A stretch of DNA of 64,000 nucleotides from an uncultured Gemmatimonadales bacterium (GTDB lineage Bacteria; Gemmatimonadota; Gemmatimonadetes; Longimicrobiales; RSA9), in contig CAWCRS010000009.1 of assembly GCA_963798085.1 (NCBI GenBank), positions 96,001-160,000 on the forward strand. Direction: 5' to 3'. Made by a program: the position numbers and the translations under genes. This document shows, piece by piece, positions 18,972 to 29,603 of this stretch; position 1 is the stretch's first letter; every line of letters begins with the position of its first letter. Under the pieces are notes generated by a model that searched no databases, was not told where the DNA came from, and saw only the letters and a list, made by a program, of their open reading frames with translations.

Positions 18972-21580
18972 TGGCGGCGTCGAGCGCACGAGCGGTGCGG
19001 TGGTATCGTCGCCTGCTATGGCTGCTGCCGGGCCACATGCGCGAGGAGAGCGAAGCCGAGCTGGTGGAGTTGTTCGAGGGCCTTTACGCGCGGCGACAGG
19101 TTGGCCCGCTGCGCTTCTGGACGCGACTGATCTTCGACCTGATGGTGACGAGCATGGCGGAGCGATTCAGGCGGGGAGCCGGGGCGCGCGGCGCGGGGGA
19201 GCGCGGCGGGCGCGCGATCGCGCTGGACCTGCGGCTGGCATGGCGGCGTCTGGTGCGCGAGCCGGTGCAGGCGGCGCTCGGATCGCTGGGTCTGGGCATC
19301 GGTCTCGCCGCGACCGTGCTCGTGGTCACCCTGGTGCGCGGCGTACTGCTGGCGCCGCTGCCGTACCGTGACGCGGGACGCCTGGTGCGGCTGCGCGAGC
19401 AGAGTGCGAACGGGCGACTCTGGTATCCGTCATTTCCCAATATCCGCGACTGGCGCGAGCATTCGCGGGTGTTCGCGGGTGTGGGCGCCGTGAACATTCC
19501 GCAGATGACATCGGTGCTGTCCGGTTCCGTCGCGGTGCGCGCGAAAGTGGGCGGCGTCTCGCGCGGCTTCTTTCCGCTGCTCGGTGTCAACCCGGTGCGC
19601 GGTCGGCTGTTCACGGATGCGGAGAATGCGCCGGGAGGGGCCCCGGTCGCGCTGGTGAGCGCGGACTTCTGGCGGAATCAGCTCGCGGGTCGCGCGCTCG
19701 ATTCGCTGACCCTGACGATCGGCGAGGAAACCTACGCCGTGGCAGGCGTGGTGCCGGCGGATTTCCGCTTTCTCGGCGAGCTGAGCGTCTGGGATGAGGC
19801 CGCCGTCTGGCTGCCCATGGAGAGACACGATCTCGGTGGCCGGCAGTCGCACGGCTATCACACGGTGGCGCGGCTGGCGCCCGGTGTGACGCTCGAGGGT
19901 GCGCGCCAGGAGATGAATCGCCTGGCCGCCGACCTGAAGCGGCGCAACGGAGAAGGCACCGAGGCGGACGCCGTACGCATGACCCTGCTCACGGATGAGA
20001 TCGTGGGTGGCGTGCGCGCACCGCTCCGGCTGCTGCTCGCGGCAGCGTTTTTCGTTCTCCTGGTGACCTGCTTCAATCTGGCCGCCGCGGTGCTGGCGCG
20101 CGGGCTGGCGCGCATGCGTGAGCTGGCGGTACGCACCACACTGGGCGCGCGACGCGGCGACCTGCTCCGCTACCTGCTGCTGGAGAGCGCCGTGCTCGCT
20201 CTCCCGGGCGCGCTGACCGGCGTCGCGCTGGGTGAGGCCGGACTGCGCGCGCTGCAGAACGCAGGTTTTGACGTGCCTCGACTGGACCAGGTGCGTCTCG
20301 ATGTCAGCATGCTCGGACTCACACTGCTGCTGGCGTTGCTAACCACGCTGCTGGCGGGCGTATTCCCCGCACTCGCCCTGTCGTCACGCAACCTGTGGGC
20401 GAGGCTGCGTACGCACGGTGCGACCACGGCAGCGCGCGAGCAGCGCGGTCTCTGGACCGGCTTCATCGCATTGCAGGTCGCGCTCACACTCGTGCTGCTC
20501 TGCGGCACGGGCGCGCTGCTGCACAGCTTCGAGCGACTGTTGACCCAGGACCTGGGCTACGACACGCGGCTGCTGGCCGTGGACGTTACCCTGCCGGAGA
20601 CGCGTTACACCGACGCGGGCGCGCGCATCGCGTACTACACGAATGCGCTGGAGCGCATCCGCGCGCTGCCCGGCGTGCGGGCCGCGGGACTGACCAGCAT
20701 GCTGCCCGACATCACCACCGCGTACACGGCTAACACGCAACTTCCTGCCCGCCCGGACCACTTCGTCTATGCAGGATTCCGCGCCGTGGATCCCGGCTAC
20801 TTCGACGCGCTCGGACTGACGCACGGGAGCGGCGCGCCGCTGCTGTCGCAAGCGCGCGCTGCTGTCATCGATGCGCAGCTCGCACAGCAGTTGTGGCAGG
20901 ACAAGTCGCCCATCGGCGCGGCCCTGATCAGCGGCTTTTCGAGCGACACGCTGACGGTGCTGGGAACGGTTTCTTCGCTGCGCGAGCTGGACCAGGATCA
21001 CCCGGTGGGGGTCGTGTACGTCGATTTCCGCACGCAGCCACGATTCCTGTCGAACATGCACCTGGTCGTGCGGCCTGCGACCGTTGCGGTGGCGCGGGCT
21101 GTTGCCGCAGAACTGCGCGCCGTGGATCCGCTGGTGCCGACGACCATCGAGTCCATGGATCAGCGCATCGGGCGCGGGCTGGGCACGCGGCGCTTGCTGC
21201 TGCTGATCAGCGGCAGCTTTGCGGCGGTCACGCTGCTGCTGGCGGCGCTGGGCGTCCATGCCGTGGTGGCCTACGCGGTGGGCCGCGAGCGCAAGAGTGC
21301 GGCGATACGCATGATCCTGGGCGCGCGGCCCATCAGCGTAGTGCGTGTGCTGCTCGGCTTCGGCGTGCGCCCCGTTGCCGTCGGTCTCGGCCTGGGCCTG
21401 CTGCTCACCGTGCCCGCGCTGCTCACCCTGCGCTCCCAGCTCTTCGGCGTGCGCCCGCTCGACCCCCTGTCGCTGCTGGCCGGCGTACTCGTGCTCGCTG
21501 TCGTCGCCGGCCTGGCCGCGTGGCTGCCCGCGCGCGCCGTCATCGGCATCGAGCCTAACGCCGTACTACGCTCCGACTGA
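18968..21580 (+). CDS. ADOP-type duplicated MacB/FtsX ABC permease
   Basis: LPYRDAGRLV, RMRELAVRTTLGA, IRMILGA, LFGVRPLDP; coupled to PadR; no ATPase gene adjacent. Confidence 0.9.
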   Translation: MMAASSARAVRWYRRLLWLLPGHMREESEAELVELFEGLYARRQVGPLRFWTRLIFDLMVTSMAERFRRGAGARGAGERGGRAIALDLRLAWRRLVREPVQAALGSLGLGIGLAATVLVVTLVRGVLLAPLPYRDAGRLVRLREQSANGRLWYPSFPNIRDWREHSRVFAGVGAVNIPQMTSVLSGSVAVRAKVGGVSRGFFPLLGVNPVRGRLFTDAENAPGGAPVALVSADFWRNQLAGRALDSLTLTIGEETYAVAGVVPADFRFLGELSVWDEAAVWLPMERHDLGGRQSHGYHTVARLAPGVTLEGARQEMNRLAADLKRRNGEGTEADAVRMTLLTDEIVGGVRAPLRLLLAAAFFVLLVTCFNLAAAVLARGLARMRELAVRTTLGARRGDLLRYLLLESAVLALPGALTGVALGEAGLRALQNAGFDVPRLDQVRLDVSMLGLTLLLALLTTLLAGVFPALALSSRNLWARLRTHGATTAAREQRGLWTGFIALQVALTLVLLCGTGALLHSFERLLTQDLGYDTRLLAVDVTLPETRYTDAGARIAYYTNALERIRALPGVRAAGLTSMLPDITTAYTANTQLPARPDHFVYAGFRAVDPGYFDALGLTHGSGAPLLSQARAAVIDAQLAQQLWQDKSPIGAALISGFSSDTLTVLGTVSSLRELDQDHPVGVVYVDFRTQPRFLSNMHLVVRPATVAVARAVAAELRAVDPLVPTTIESMDQRIGRGLGTRRLLLLISGSFAAVTLLLAALGVHAVVAYAVGRERKSAAIRMILGARPISVVRVLLGFGVRPVAVGLGLGLLLTVPALLTLRSQLFGVRPLDPLSLLAGVLVLAVVAGLAAWLPARAVIGIEPNAVLRSD

Positions 21581-21664
21581 GCCGTTCCAGCCGCCGGGGT
21601 CTGCGCCGCGAGGGCAGGGAAGCCGGTCGGGGTCCCGGCCCGAGTCCGGCGCCCCGCCGCGCCA

Positions 21665-23955
21665 TCAGCTGCCCGTAGCCGAAACCTTCTCCGCCGCCGG
21701 CGCCTTCAGGTAGCGGTCGTACCAGGCGAGGATGCGCGCGTGGAAGTCGCGCACATTGGCCTCGTTGTCGGTGGGCATGCCGTGGCCGCCATGCGTGTAG
21801 CTCACCCACTCGACGCGTTTGCCCAGGCGGCGCAGCGCGTAGAACATCTCCGCTGGTGGTGCGCTCGGGCACATTGGGGTCCTCGTGGCCGGTCATGAGG
21901 AGCAGAGGCGTCTTCACGCGGTCCGCGAACATCACCGCGGAATGCGCGACGTACTTCTGGGGCTGTTCCCAGAGTGATGCGCCCAGGCGGTCCTGGCTGT
22001 GCTCGGGGGCGTGGATGTTGCGCGTGCCCAGCCGCGGCGAGTCGGTATAGAAGCTGATCATGTCGACCTTGCCGGAGATGTTGATGGCCGCGGCAAAGCG
22101 GTCGGTCTGCGTGACCAGCAGGTTGGTGGCGTAACCGCCGTAGCTGGTGCCGTGCACGCCCAGCCGTTTGGGATCGGCGATGCCCATCTCGATCAGCTTG
22201 TTAGCGGCAGCCGTCACGCCCTTCTCCCACGCCTCGCCCGGGAACCCGATCTCCAGATCCACGGACGGCTGCATCACGGCGTAGCCGTTCGAGGTGAGCA
22301 GGTTGATCATGGCGTTGAAGCGGTCGTCGAAGAAGTCCTCGTAGACGATGAAGATGGTGGGCACCTTCGTGCCCTGCTGATAGTCGAGCGGATAGTTGAG
22401 CACGCCGTACATGTCGTGACCGTCGGCATCCATGTACCTGATCAGCTCGGTGCGACTGAGCTTGGGCTCGATGCCGGGGTTCGCCTGGGTGAGGCGCCGC
22501 ATTGTGCTCAAGTCCGCGTCGGCGGCGTACACATCGCCCGGGTCATTGCCTTTCGCCACCGAGAGCACCATGGAGCGGCCGTCGTCGGCGAGGCGGATGC
22601 CTGTATAGTAGCGGTCATCCTTGACCAGCTCGCGCGTCTGTCCCGTGTTGCGCTGGTAGCGCATGATGCCGCGCTCCCACTTCGTGCGTGACGCGAAGCT
22701 CAGGTAGATGTCGTTCGCGTCCCTGCTCCAGGCGACGACGCTGTAGCGGGGCGCCGTCTTGTCCTCGTCGCTCTGTGGTGCGGCCAGGAACATCGAGCGC
22801 TCACCGCTCGCCGTGTTGATCAGCCAGAAGCCTTCCTTGCTGGTGGCAATCAGCCAGTCGCCTTTTTCGCTGAGTCGCACCGGTGTGAAGCGCTGCTTCT
22901 CGCGCTCCTCGCGCGCGGCCTTGCGGGCTGCGCTGTCGGTCGGCTCATCCGCGGGCTTGGGCGCGTCCACGCCCGCCAGCTTGCGCGGCTCGCCGCCTGC
23001 GACCGTGCCGAAGAAGACCTTGCCTTCCTTCGCGTACACGAAGGCCTGGCCATCGCCCGACCAGCGCAGTGTCATGCCTTTCGTGGTGGGGAACAGCGTG
23101 CGCGTTTCGCCGCCCGCCAGCGGCTTGACCAGCAGTTTGCTCTCACGGCCGAAGATCTCGTCGTAGTCGGTCTTCTTCGTAATGTCCTGTTCGTAGTGCA
23201 GCGTACCGCCGTCCGCGGTCACGGCGTAGTCGCCCAGCATGGTCTCGGGCAGCAGTTCATCGATGCGCCCGCTGTCTGCGTGATACTCGGCCGGGATCGC
23301 GACACTGCCGAGGCGGCGGATGTCGTCCCAGTCGAGGAATGGATCCTCGCTCGAGTTCACGACGAAGGGTGCGGACGTCTCTTTCTGGAAGCGCGCTGCC
23401 GCCTTCTGCTCCCATTCCTTCGTGCGCAGCGCCAGCAGCAGCGTGCGTCCATCGGCGGACCACGAAAGAGGCGGAGTTTTCGGCAAACAGGCGGTTCGAC
23501 GGCGCCGGCACGGTGCGCATGCGGTTGCGGGCACGGTCCCAGAGGGTGAGGCGGAACTCGTCGCCTTCCCGGAGCATGAAGGCCAGCTGCGCGCCGTCCG
23601 GCGACCACGACCAGCCCCTGGCCTGGCGCTTATCGGGGAACAGCTTGCGACTCTCGCCGGAGCGCGTGTCCACCACCGTGATTTCCGCCACGCCGGGCGA
23701 GGTGTAGGTGGGGTCGCCAAACCGGCTGTTATCCACGCCCAGCCGGTCGCGCAGTGAGCTCAGGGTGATCACGGCCCAGCGGCCGTCCGGGCTCACATCG
23801 CCGACCGCCGCGTTGCGCACGGTCAGCACGTCGTCGACCGTGAAGCGCGTCGTCGCCTGCGCCACCTGCGCGGGCAGACTGCGTGCGTGCAGGGCCGCCA
23901 GCAGGAGAGGCAGGCCGAGCAGGATGCGGGGAGAGACGCGTGGCGAGCGCCGCAT
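21665..23955 (-). CDS. S9 family secreted peptidase; frameshifts near 23470 and 21855
   Basis: Signal peptide, propeller repeats (WSPDG), GTSYGG, GHEDPNV, GGHG. Confidence 0.88.
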
Positions 23956-24547
23956 GAAAGCCTCCGTCCGGAGCAGGATGATTCGGGAGCCGTGAACGCG
24001 CGCCGCATGCCGGGGAGCATCTGTCGGACGGCGCGCGAAGGTCGAAGGTAGCGCGTTTTCGATGGGGGCGGCAACGGCGCGCGCCAGCACACGTGCGGGC
24101 GCGCGCCGCCAGCGCACCACCATGGCAGCGCAACCTCCGACCCGGCTGCAGGAGGGTTCTACCGAACTGCGGTTTCTCCCTGCCTGCGGTTCCGCCTGAG
24201 TGCGCGGCTCGGCGCCCAGAAACTGCGCGGGCGCGAGTGGCTGAGCCGACGCCGGCAGGCTATCGCGGGCGCGGTCGTGCAGCGTGCGGGCGGGAAGGTG
24301 AGGTTATCGCCAGTGTCGAGACCTGCCCGGATGGGTTCCTCACGACCGCTTCCTCACGGCTGGCGGCTACCGGCTGGGCCGTGCAGAGTGCCTGCCGGTC
24401 GGTTGCTCGCAACGGCAACAGATAGTGCGGTCGCGACGCCGGCTCGACCCGTCGCGTGCGGCGCATACGAAGCGGGCCCGCCCGAGCTGCCGGCGAGCCC
24501 CCGCCTCTAGCTCGATGTTAGGACGCGGCCGCAGCCGCGGCCTGCGT

Positions 24548-26059
24548 TCAGGACGCCGTGGGTTTGATGTTGGCGTTCAGCCGGAACAGGTTCTTCGGGT
24601 CGTACCGGTTCTTCAGCGCCACCAGCCGATTGTGGTTGGTGCGGTAGTTGTCCCGCACCGCCGCCGGCGTCCTGTCCGGTGTGAGATCGTTCACGTAGAA
24701 GCCGGCGGTGTAGGGTTCGAGCTTCGACCAGTACTGGCGCGACGCCTGGATGTGCGCGTTGCCGTCGTCGGCGGAATTCCAGACAGCCACGACCAGCATG
24801 TTGGCCAGCGCATCGCGCTGGACGAATGCCGTGGCATCGGGCGCCACGCGGCCAATGGCGCCCAGCCCGGACTGGAACGCGACTTCCGTCGTGCGGCCGG
24901 GATCGCCCCGGAACTCGGAGACGATCGCTGACACCAGGTCGGGCGTCATACTCGAGAGGAAGCCGCTCTTCAGATACGTCGCGATCGCTCGCGGATCCGC
25001 AATGTCGCCGGAGCGCTGGAGGACCTCGTATTCCATCGGCTTCACGTCATCGACCAGCGGCGTGCCCAGCTTGCGGATGGGCGCGAGCGCGCGATCGACA
25101 CCATTGGCCGGACCGCAGTAGCACACGCCGAAGGAGAAGATGCCAGCGGCCCCGCCGGGTGGCTGCACCATGGCGGGGAGAATGTCCAGCTCGTCGGGCG
25201 CCGTCCTGAGGTAGTCGCCGTACAGGGCTATGGCGTCGCGGGCGCGCGAGATCGGGTACACGATCGTGCCGGCGTGCACTTGCCGCGACATGGGATTCAG
25301 CTGGAACTCGAAGCTGGTCACGATGCCGAAATTGCCGCCGCCGCCGCGCACGCCCCAGAAGAGGTCGGGATTCTCGCTCGCGCTGGCGTGAACGAACTGG
25401 CCATCCGCGGTCACGACGTCGACGCTCTGGAGGTTGTCGACGGCAAGGCCGAAGCGGCGCGCCACGCGGCCGAAGCCGCCGCCGGTCACGAGGCCGCCCA
25501 CACCGGTGTGCGAGACCGTCCCGAGAGGCGTGACCAGATCGAACTGTGCGGTCTCGTGGTCGACGAGACTGAGCAGGCTGCCGCCCGTGACCCAGGCCCG
25601 GCGTGCACGCGGATCGACGCGCACGGCGCGGAAAGTCGAAAGGTCGATCATCATGCCCTTGTCGCACGTGGACGCGCCCGAGAAGCTGTGTCCACCGCAT
25701 TTCACCGCGAGCAGCAGCCCGCGATTCTCCCGCGCGAAATTCACTGCGGCGCGGATGTCGGCCACGCCCGAGGGCTGCACGATCAGGGCGGGGTGCTTGT
25801 CGAAAGATGCGTTGAGGATGCGGCGGGCGTCATCGTACCCCTGATCGCGCGCCAGCAGCAGCCGACCGCGCAGCCGGGCCCGCAGGTCCGCAATGTCGCG
25901 CCCGCGCAGTGTGACCTGCTGCCCGTCTCCGGTTACGGCATCGATATCGGGAAGCTGTGGCTGCGAACTTCGCAGCACGGCCGCTGCGAGCGGGCGTCGT
26001 GGGAGGGACATGACTGTCGCGGCGGCGACAGCCGAGCGGAGGAAGACGCGTCGCCTCAT
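24548..26059 (-). CDS. Tat-exported FAD-binding oxidoreductase (BBE/VAO family)
   Basis: MRRRVFL Tat signal; KCGGHS; GVRGGGGNFGIVT; C-terminal KNRYDPKNLF. Confidence 0.92.
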   Translation of the reverse strand: MRRRVFLRSAVAAATVMSLPRRPLAAAVLRSSQPQLPDIDAVTGDGQQVTLRGRDIADLRARLRGRLLLARDQGYDDARRILNASFDKHPALIVQPSGVADIRAAVNFARENRGLLLAVKCGGHSFSGASTCDKGMMIDLSTFRAVRVDPRARRAWVTGGSLLSLVDHETAQFDLVTPLGTVSHTGVGGLVTGGGFGRVARRFGLAVDNLQSVDVVTADGQFVHASASENPDLFWGVRGGGGNFGIVTSFEFQLNPMSRQVHAGTIVYPISRARDAIALYGDYLRTAPDELDILPAMVQPPGGAAGIFSFGVCYCGPANGVDRALAPIRKLGTPLVDDVKPMEYEVLQRSGDIADPRAIATYLKSGFLSSMTPDLVSAIVSEFRGDPGRTTEVAFQSGLGAIGRVAPDATAFVQRDALANMLVVAVWNSADDGNAHIQASRQYWSKLEPYTAGFYVNDLTPDRTPAAVRDNYRTNHNRLVALKNRYDPKNLFRLNANIKPTAS

Positions 26060-26242
26060 GTGCGGCTCCCATGTCGGGGGATCGGGAGAGACAACGCAGC
26101 CTATGTCGAGTGGCGACGCAGCGCAACCCGCTGTTGGCGCGCGACCGCCGCGAACCGTCCGGCGCAGCCCGGGATTATGGGGGTGTCACGAAAAGCCGTG
26201 CGGATGGAAATCGCGGACGGCGCTCACGAGCGGAGAGATGCG

Positions 26243-26812
26243 ATGGCGAAGCGGGACGTTGTGGCCTCGATCGAGGCCGAGTTCCGGCGCTACAAGGCGG
26301 CAGCCGAGGCGGCGATGGCACAGCTGGAGACGGAGCAGCTGACGGAGCGCGCCTCCACGACAGACAATTCGATCGCTACCATGGTCTGGCACATTGCCGG
26401 CAATCTGCATTCGCGGTTTTCCGACTTCCTCGCCAGCGACGGCGAGAAGCCGTGGCGTGATCGCGAATCGGAGTTCGAGGCCCGTGCGCCGACGCGCGAA
26501 CAGCTGCTGGAGAAGTGGGAAGATGGCTGGAACATGCTGTTATCAACGGTGGCCGCACTCACGGACGACGACCTGTTCCGGATGGTGTCGATCCGCGGCG
26601 TCGCGCTGCCGGTGCACGCCGCGCTGCACCGCTCGCTGGCGCACGTCAGCTACCACGTCGGCCAGATCGTCTACCTGAGCAAGATGATGCGCAGCGATGC
26701 CTGGCAGTACCTTTCGATCCCGCCGGGCGGATCCGTGGATTACAACCGCGATCCGGCCTTCGAAAAGCCGGCGCAGCACGCGGCACGACTGGCCGCTCCC
26801 GGCTCGAAGTAA
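26243..26812 (+). CDS. DUF1572 / DinB superfamily protein
   Basis: NSIATMVWHIAGNLHSRFSDFLASDGEKPWRDRESEF; HVSYHVGQI. Confidence 0.9.
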   Translation: MAKRDVVASIEAEFRRYKAAAEAAMAQLETEQLTERASTTDNSIATMVWHIAGNLHSRFSDFLASDGEKPWRDRESEFEARAPTREQLLEKWEDGWNMLLSTVAALTDDDLFRMVSIRGVALPVHAALHRSLAHVSYHVGQIVYLSKMMRSDAWQYLSIPPGGSVDYNRDPAFEKPAQHAARLAAPGSK

Positions 26813-26863
26813 CGGGCGGGCGGCGGGCGCGCGCAGCCTGGGGCGCGCGGCGATGCGGTGATG

Positions 26864-27436
26864 TCAGGGTTTGCGCGGCTGCCGGCTCTGGTACTGGCGC
26901 TGGCGGATGTCGACGAAGTTCTCGGCAATGTTGCGGGGAATGGAAAGGTGCTCCTGCAGCTTGCGCAGGAAGTCGCGCTCGGCTTCATCAATGGTGCCGT
27001 CGGCCAGTACTTCGGACACGGTGCGCAGGTACACCTGGCGGGCGACGTTGCGCTGGATGGCATCGCAGGTGGTGGCATCCAGCCCGAACAGGGCGCGCAG
27101 GTGCGCGATGTCGGCCAGCTCGTCATCACTGATGCGGCGATCCTCGAGGCAGTGCACGAGGTAATCGCGGTACACCACTTCCAGCTCGCCGCGGAAGTAG
27201 TTGACCGGATTCACGCGATGGACGCGGGTGATGCGATCGAGGTCGGTCTGCGTGACCGCGCGCGGCGAATCGACGCTGCCCAGCAGGTTCACCAGGTCGA
27301 TCAGCGCGTTTCGGGGCAGCTTCCGCCGCAGCAGCCGTTGCGCGAACGAAGGCCGCTGCAACGCCCGCTGCGGAAACGGTGAGGAGGTCGTCGGCACGTC
27401 GTCGCCTCGAACGAAATCGGTGGTGGGGCGCTGCAA
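26864..27436 (-). CDS. Hypothetical protein with TerB-like helical repeats
   Basis: Two repeats, EDRRISDDE and ADGTIDEAE; start uncertain. Confidence 0.65.
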   Translation of the reverse strand: MQRPTTDFVRGDDVPTTSSPFPQRALQRPSFAQRLLRRKLPRNALIDLVNLLGSVDSPRAVTQTDLDRITRVHRVNPVNYFRGELEVVYRDYLVHCLEDRRISDDELADIAHLRALFGLDATTCDAIQRNVARQVYLRTVSEVLADGTIDEAERDFLRKLQEHLSIPRNIAENFVDIRQRQYQSRQPRKP

Positions 27437-27534
27437 GACAGCAGCGCGGACCGGCAGGGCCGGACCGCACAGCGCGGGTCACGCACCCCCAATGTAGACC
27501 TGAAGTCGAACTACGGTCCAGTGCGCGGCCGGTT

Positions 27535-28689
27535 TCAGTGGCCGGTGATCTGCCGGGCGGCAAGCGGCGCATCGTGGCCGATATTCCGGAGGCCGCCGGT
27601 CGAGTCATAGTTGTGGCCGACGAAGAAGAGGTCGGGGCGGTCCGCGCTGCGCACGCGGTCCGCGCGCAGCGCGAAGCCGGCGGCATCCGTGCGCACGGAG
27701 CCCAGCACGGGCTGCAGCGCCGGCCGGAAGCCGGTGGCCAGAATCACGTCGTCGCATGCGATTTCGGTGTTATCCACGAAGCGCACGCCGCCTGCCGTGA
27801 AGCACGCGATGCCCGGCGCGACGCGCACGCGGCCGGCGCGTATGGCGTCCACCAGGTGGAAGCCGATGAGCGGGATCCGGTCCAGCGGGCCGTACGGCGG
27901 CAGGGGCAGCACGGGCCGGCCTCGCCGGGCGATGACCGCCGCGCGCAGCATGCGGACCACGAGCTGACGGGCCGGCCGCGGCAGCTCGCGCAGCAGATAC
28001 GCCACGTACTGGACGGGCACGCCCAGCAGCGTGAGCGGCACCACGTTGGCGCCCGTGCGCACCGACACGACAACCCTAACGCCGGCGTTAGCCAGCTCGG
28101 CCGCGATCTCGCCGCCCGAGTTGCCGCAGCCCACCACCAGCACCCGCCGGCCCTGGAACGGCTGCGGCCGCCGGTACTCCACGGAATGGAGTATGCGACC
28201 GGTGAACGTCTGCTGCCCGTCGAAACTCGGCGTTATCGGCCAGGACACGATGCCGGTGGCCATGACCAGCGCACCGGCCTCGATCTCGCCGGCCGAAGTC
28301 GCGAGCGTCCAGCCGCCGCCGGCGCGCGGCTCGGCGCGCTGCACATCGACGCCGGTTTCGACACGCAGCGCGAAGCGCTCGCGGTACTGCTCGAGGTACT
28401 CGATGAGGTCCGTGCGCGAAGGGAAGAGCGGCGTGGCGCGCGGGAAGCGCAGACCGGGGAGCGTGGACAGGTGTTTGCCCGTGTGCAGGCGAAGGCTGTC
28501 GTAGAGATTGCGCCAGACGTGCGCGGCGGCGGGACCGCGCTCGAGCACGCGGTACGGCACGCCCCGTTCGGCCAGCGCCCGTGCCGCCGCAAGGCCGGCG
28601 GGTCCGGCCCCCACGACCACCACAGGATGCAGGCGACGCTTCCCGTTCACCCGTGCGGGCGAGGTCAGCGTGGCCGTGGCCTCAGCCAT
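27535..28689 (-). CDS. Flavin-containing monooxygenase (FMO-like)
   Basis: GAGPAG, FTGRILHSVEYR, GCGNSG, ATGF. Confidence 0.92.
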   Translation of the reverse strand: MAEATATLTSPARVNGKRRLHPVVVVGAGPAGLAAARALAERGVPYRVLERGPAAAHVWRNLYDSLRLHTGKHLSTLPGLRFPRATPLFPSRTDLIEYLEQYRERFALRVETGVDVQRAEPRAGGGWTLATSAGEIEAGALVMATGIVSWPITPSFDGQQTFTGRILHSVEYRRPQPFQGRRVLVVGCGNSGGEIAAELANAGVRVVVSVRTGANVVPLTLLGVPVQYVAYLLRELPRPARQLVVRMLRAAVIARRGRPVLPLPPYGPLDRIPLIGFHLVDAIRAGRVRVAPGIACFTAGGVRFVDNTEIACDDVILATGFRPALQPVLGSVRTDAAGFALRADRVRSADRPDLFFVGHNYDSTGGLRNIGHDAPLAARQITGH

Positions 28690-29263
28690 TGTAGATTTCG
28701 CCGCCCTCGCGACCGTACTCGAGCAGCACCCGCCGCGCGTCTTCACGCAAAGGGCCGGCCTCGCAGCGGATCGAGCGCGCGGCCAGGTAGTCGTACGACG
28801 ACTGGAACACCGGGCCCTCGTCGAACTGCAGGCGGCCCGCATCATCGCGCGTCGCGGCCCACACCACGCGCGCCACACCGCTCCATGGCACCGCACCCAG
28901 GCACATGGCGCACGGCTCGCACGACGTGAAGAGCTCATGTGCGGGCATGCCCGCTTCACCCAGCGTGTACGAGCCGCGTCTCGCCTGCGCCAGCATCAAG
29001 GCCACGATTTCCGCGTGCAACACCGAGTTACCCAGCGGGACCACGCGGTTCATGCCCACCGCGACCAGGCGCCCCTTCCCCGCCTCGAAGATGGCCGCAC
29101 CGAACGGTCCGCCCGTCCCTCGCCGCACATTCTCCCAGGAGAGCCGTATCGCCAGCTCCATGCGCTCTTCATCGCTCGCGTACCGCCGATCGAAGTCGAC
29201 GCCGTCACTCACCCAGTCGGGAAGCGAGACTGTGATCGAGGTCGCAGGTTTGGCTTGCAGCAT
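28682..29263 (-). CDS. Zinc-dependent nucleoside/nucleobase deaminase (guanine deaminase-like)
   Basis: GGPFGA, HAE, EPCAMC. Confidence 0.92.
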   Translation of the reverse strand: MLQAKPATSITVSLPDWVSDGVDFDRRYASDEERMELAIRLSWENVRRGTGGPFGAAIFEAGKGRLVAVGMNRVVPLGNSVLHAEIVALMLAQARRGSYTLGEAGMPAHELFTSCEPCAMCLGAVPWSGVARVVWAATRDDAGRLQFDEGPVFQSSYDYLAARSIRCEAGPLREDARRVLLEYGREGGEIYNG

Positions 29264-29271
29264 ATTCGGAA

Positions 29272-29524
29272 GCGTTTCTCGGGCTGGGGTTCGGGTTGGG
29301 GCCGGGTAACGACTACGGATTCATGGCGAATGATGCGTTTGCTGCACAGGATTGAAAAGGACCCATGGGAGTCAGCCAATACGTTCTCGTCCACCCCGGC
29401 CCGCATCGCATTCGATCCGTTGAATCCCTTCCCCGGCAACCAGCCCCAGCAACCAGCGCCAGCAACGCCGTTGATCCATTGATCCGTTCCCCAGCCCGAG
29501 CCCCAGCCCCAGCCCGAGAAACGC
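29272..29524. repeat. Inverted-repeat-bounded element (CGTTTCTCGGGCTGGGG ends)
   Basis: GCGTTTCTCGGGCTGGGG at the left end and CCCCAGCCCGAGAAACGC at the right; the interior holds a CAGCAACCAG unit; same ends as 47194-47422. Confidence 0.8.
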
Positions 29525-29603
29525 CTTTCAACAGGCAGACAGTCACGATGAAGCCGACCTCACGATGACTCAGAGGCGCGCCACAAGGGTAGCAGTCCCC
29601 ACC

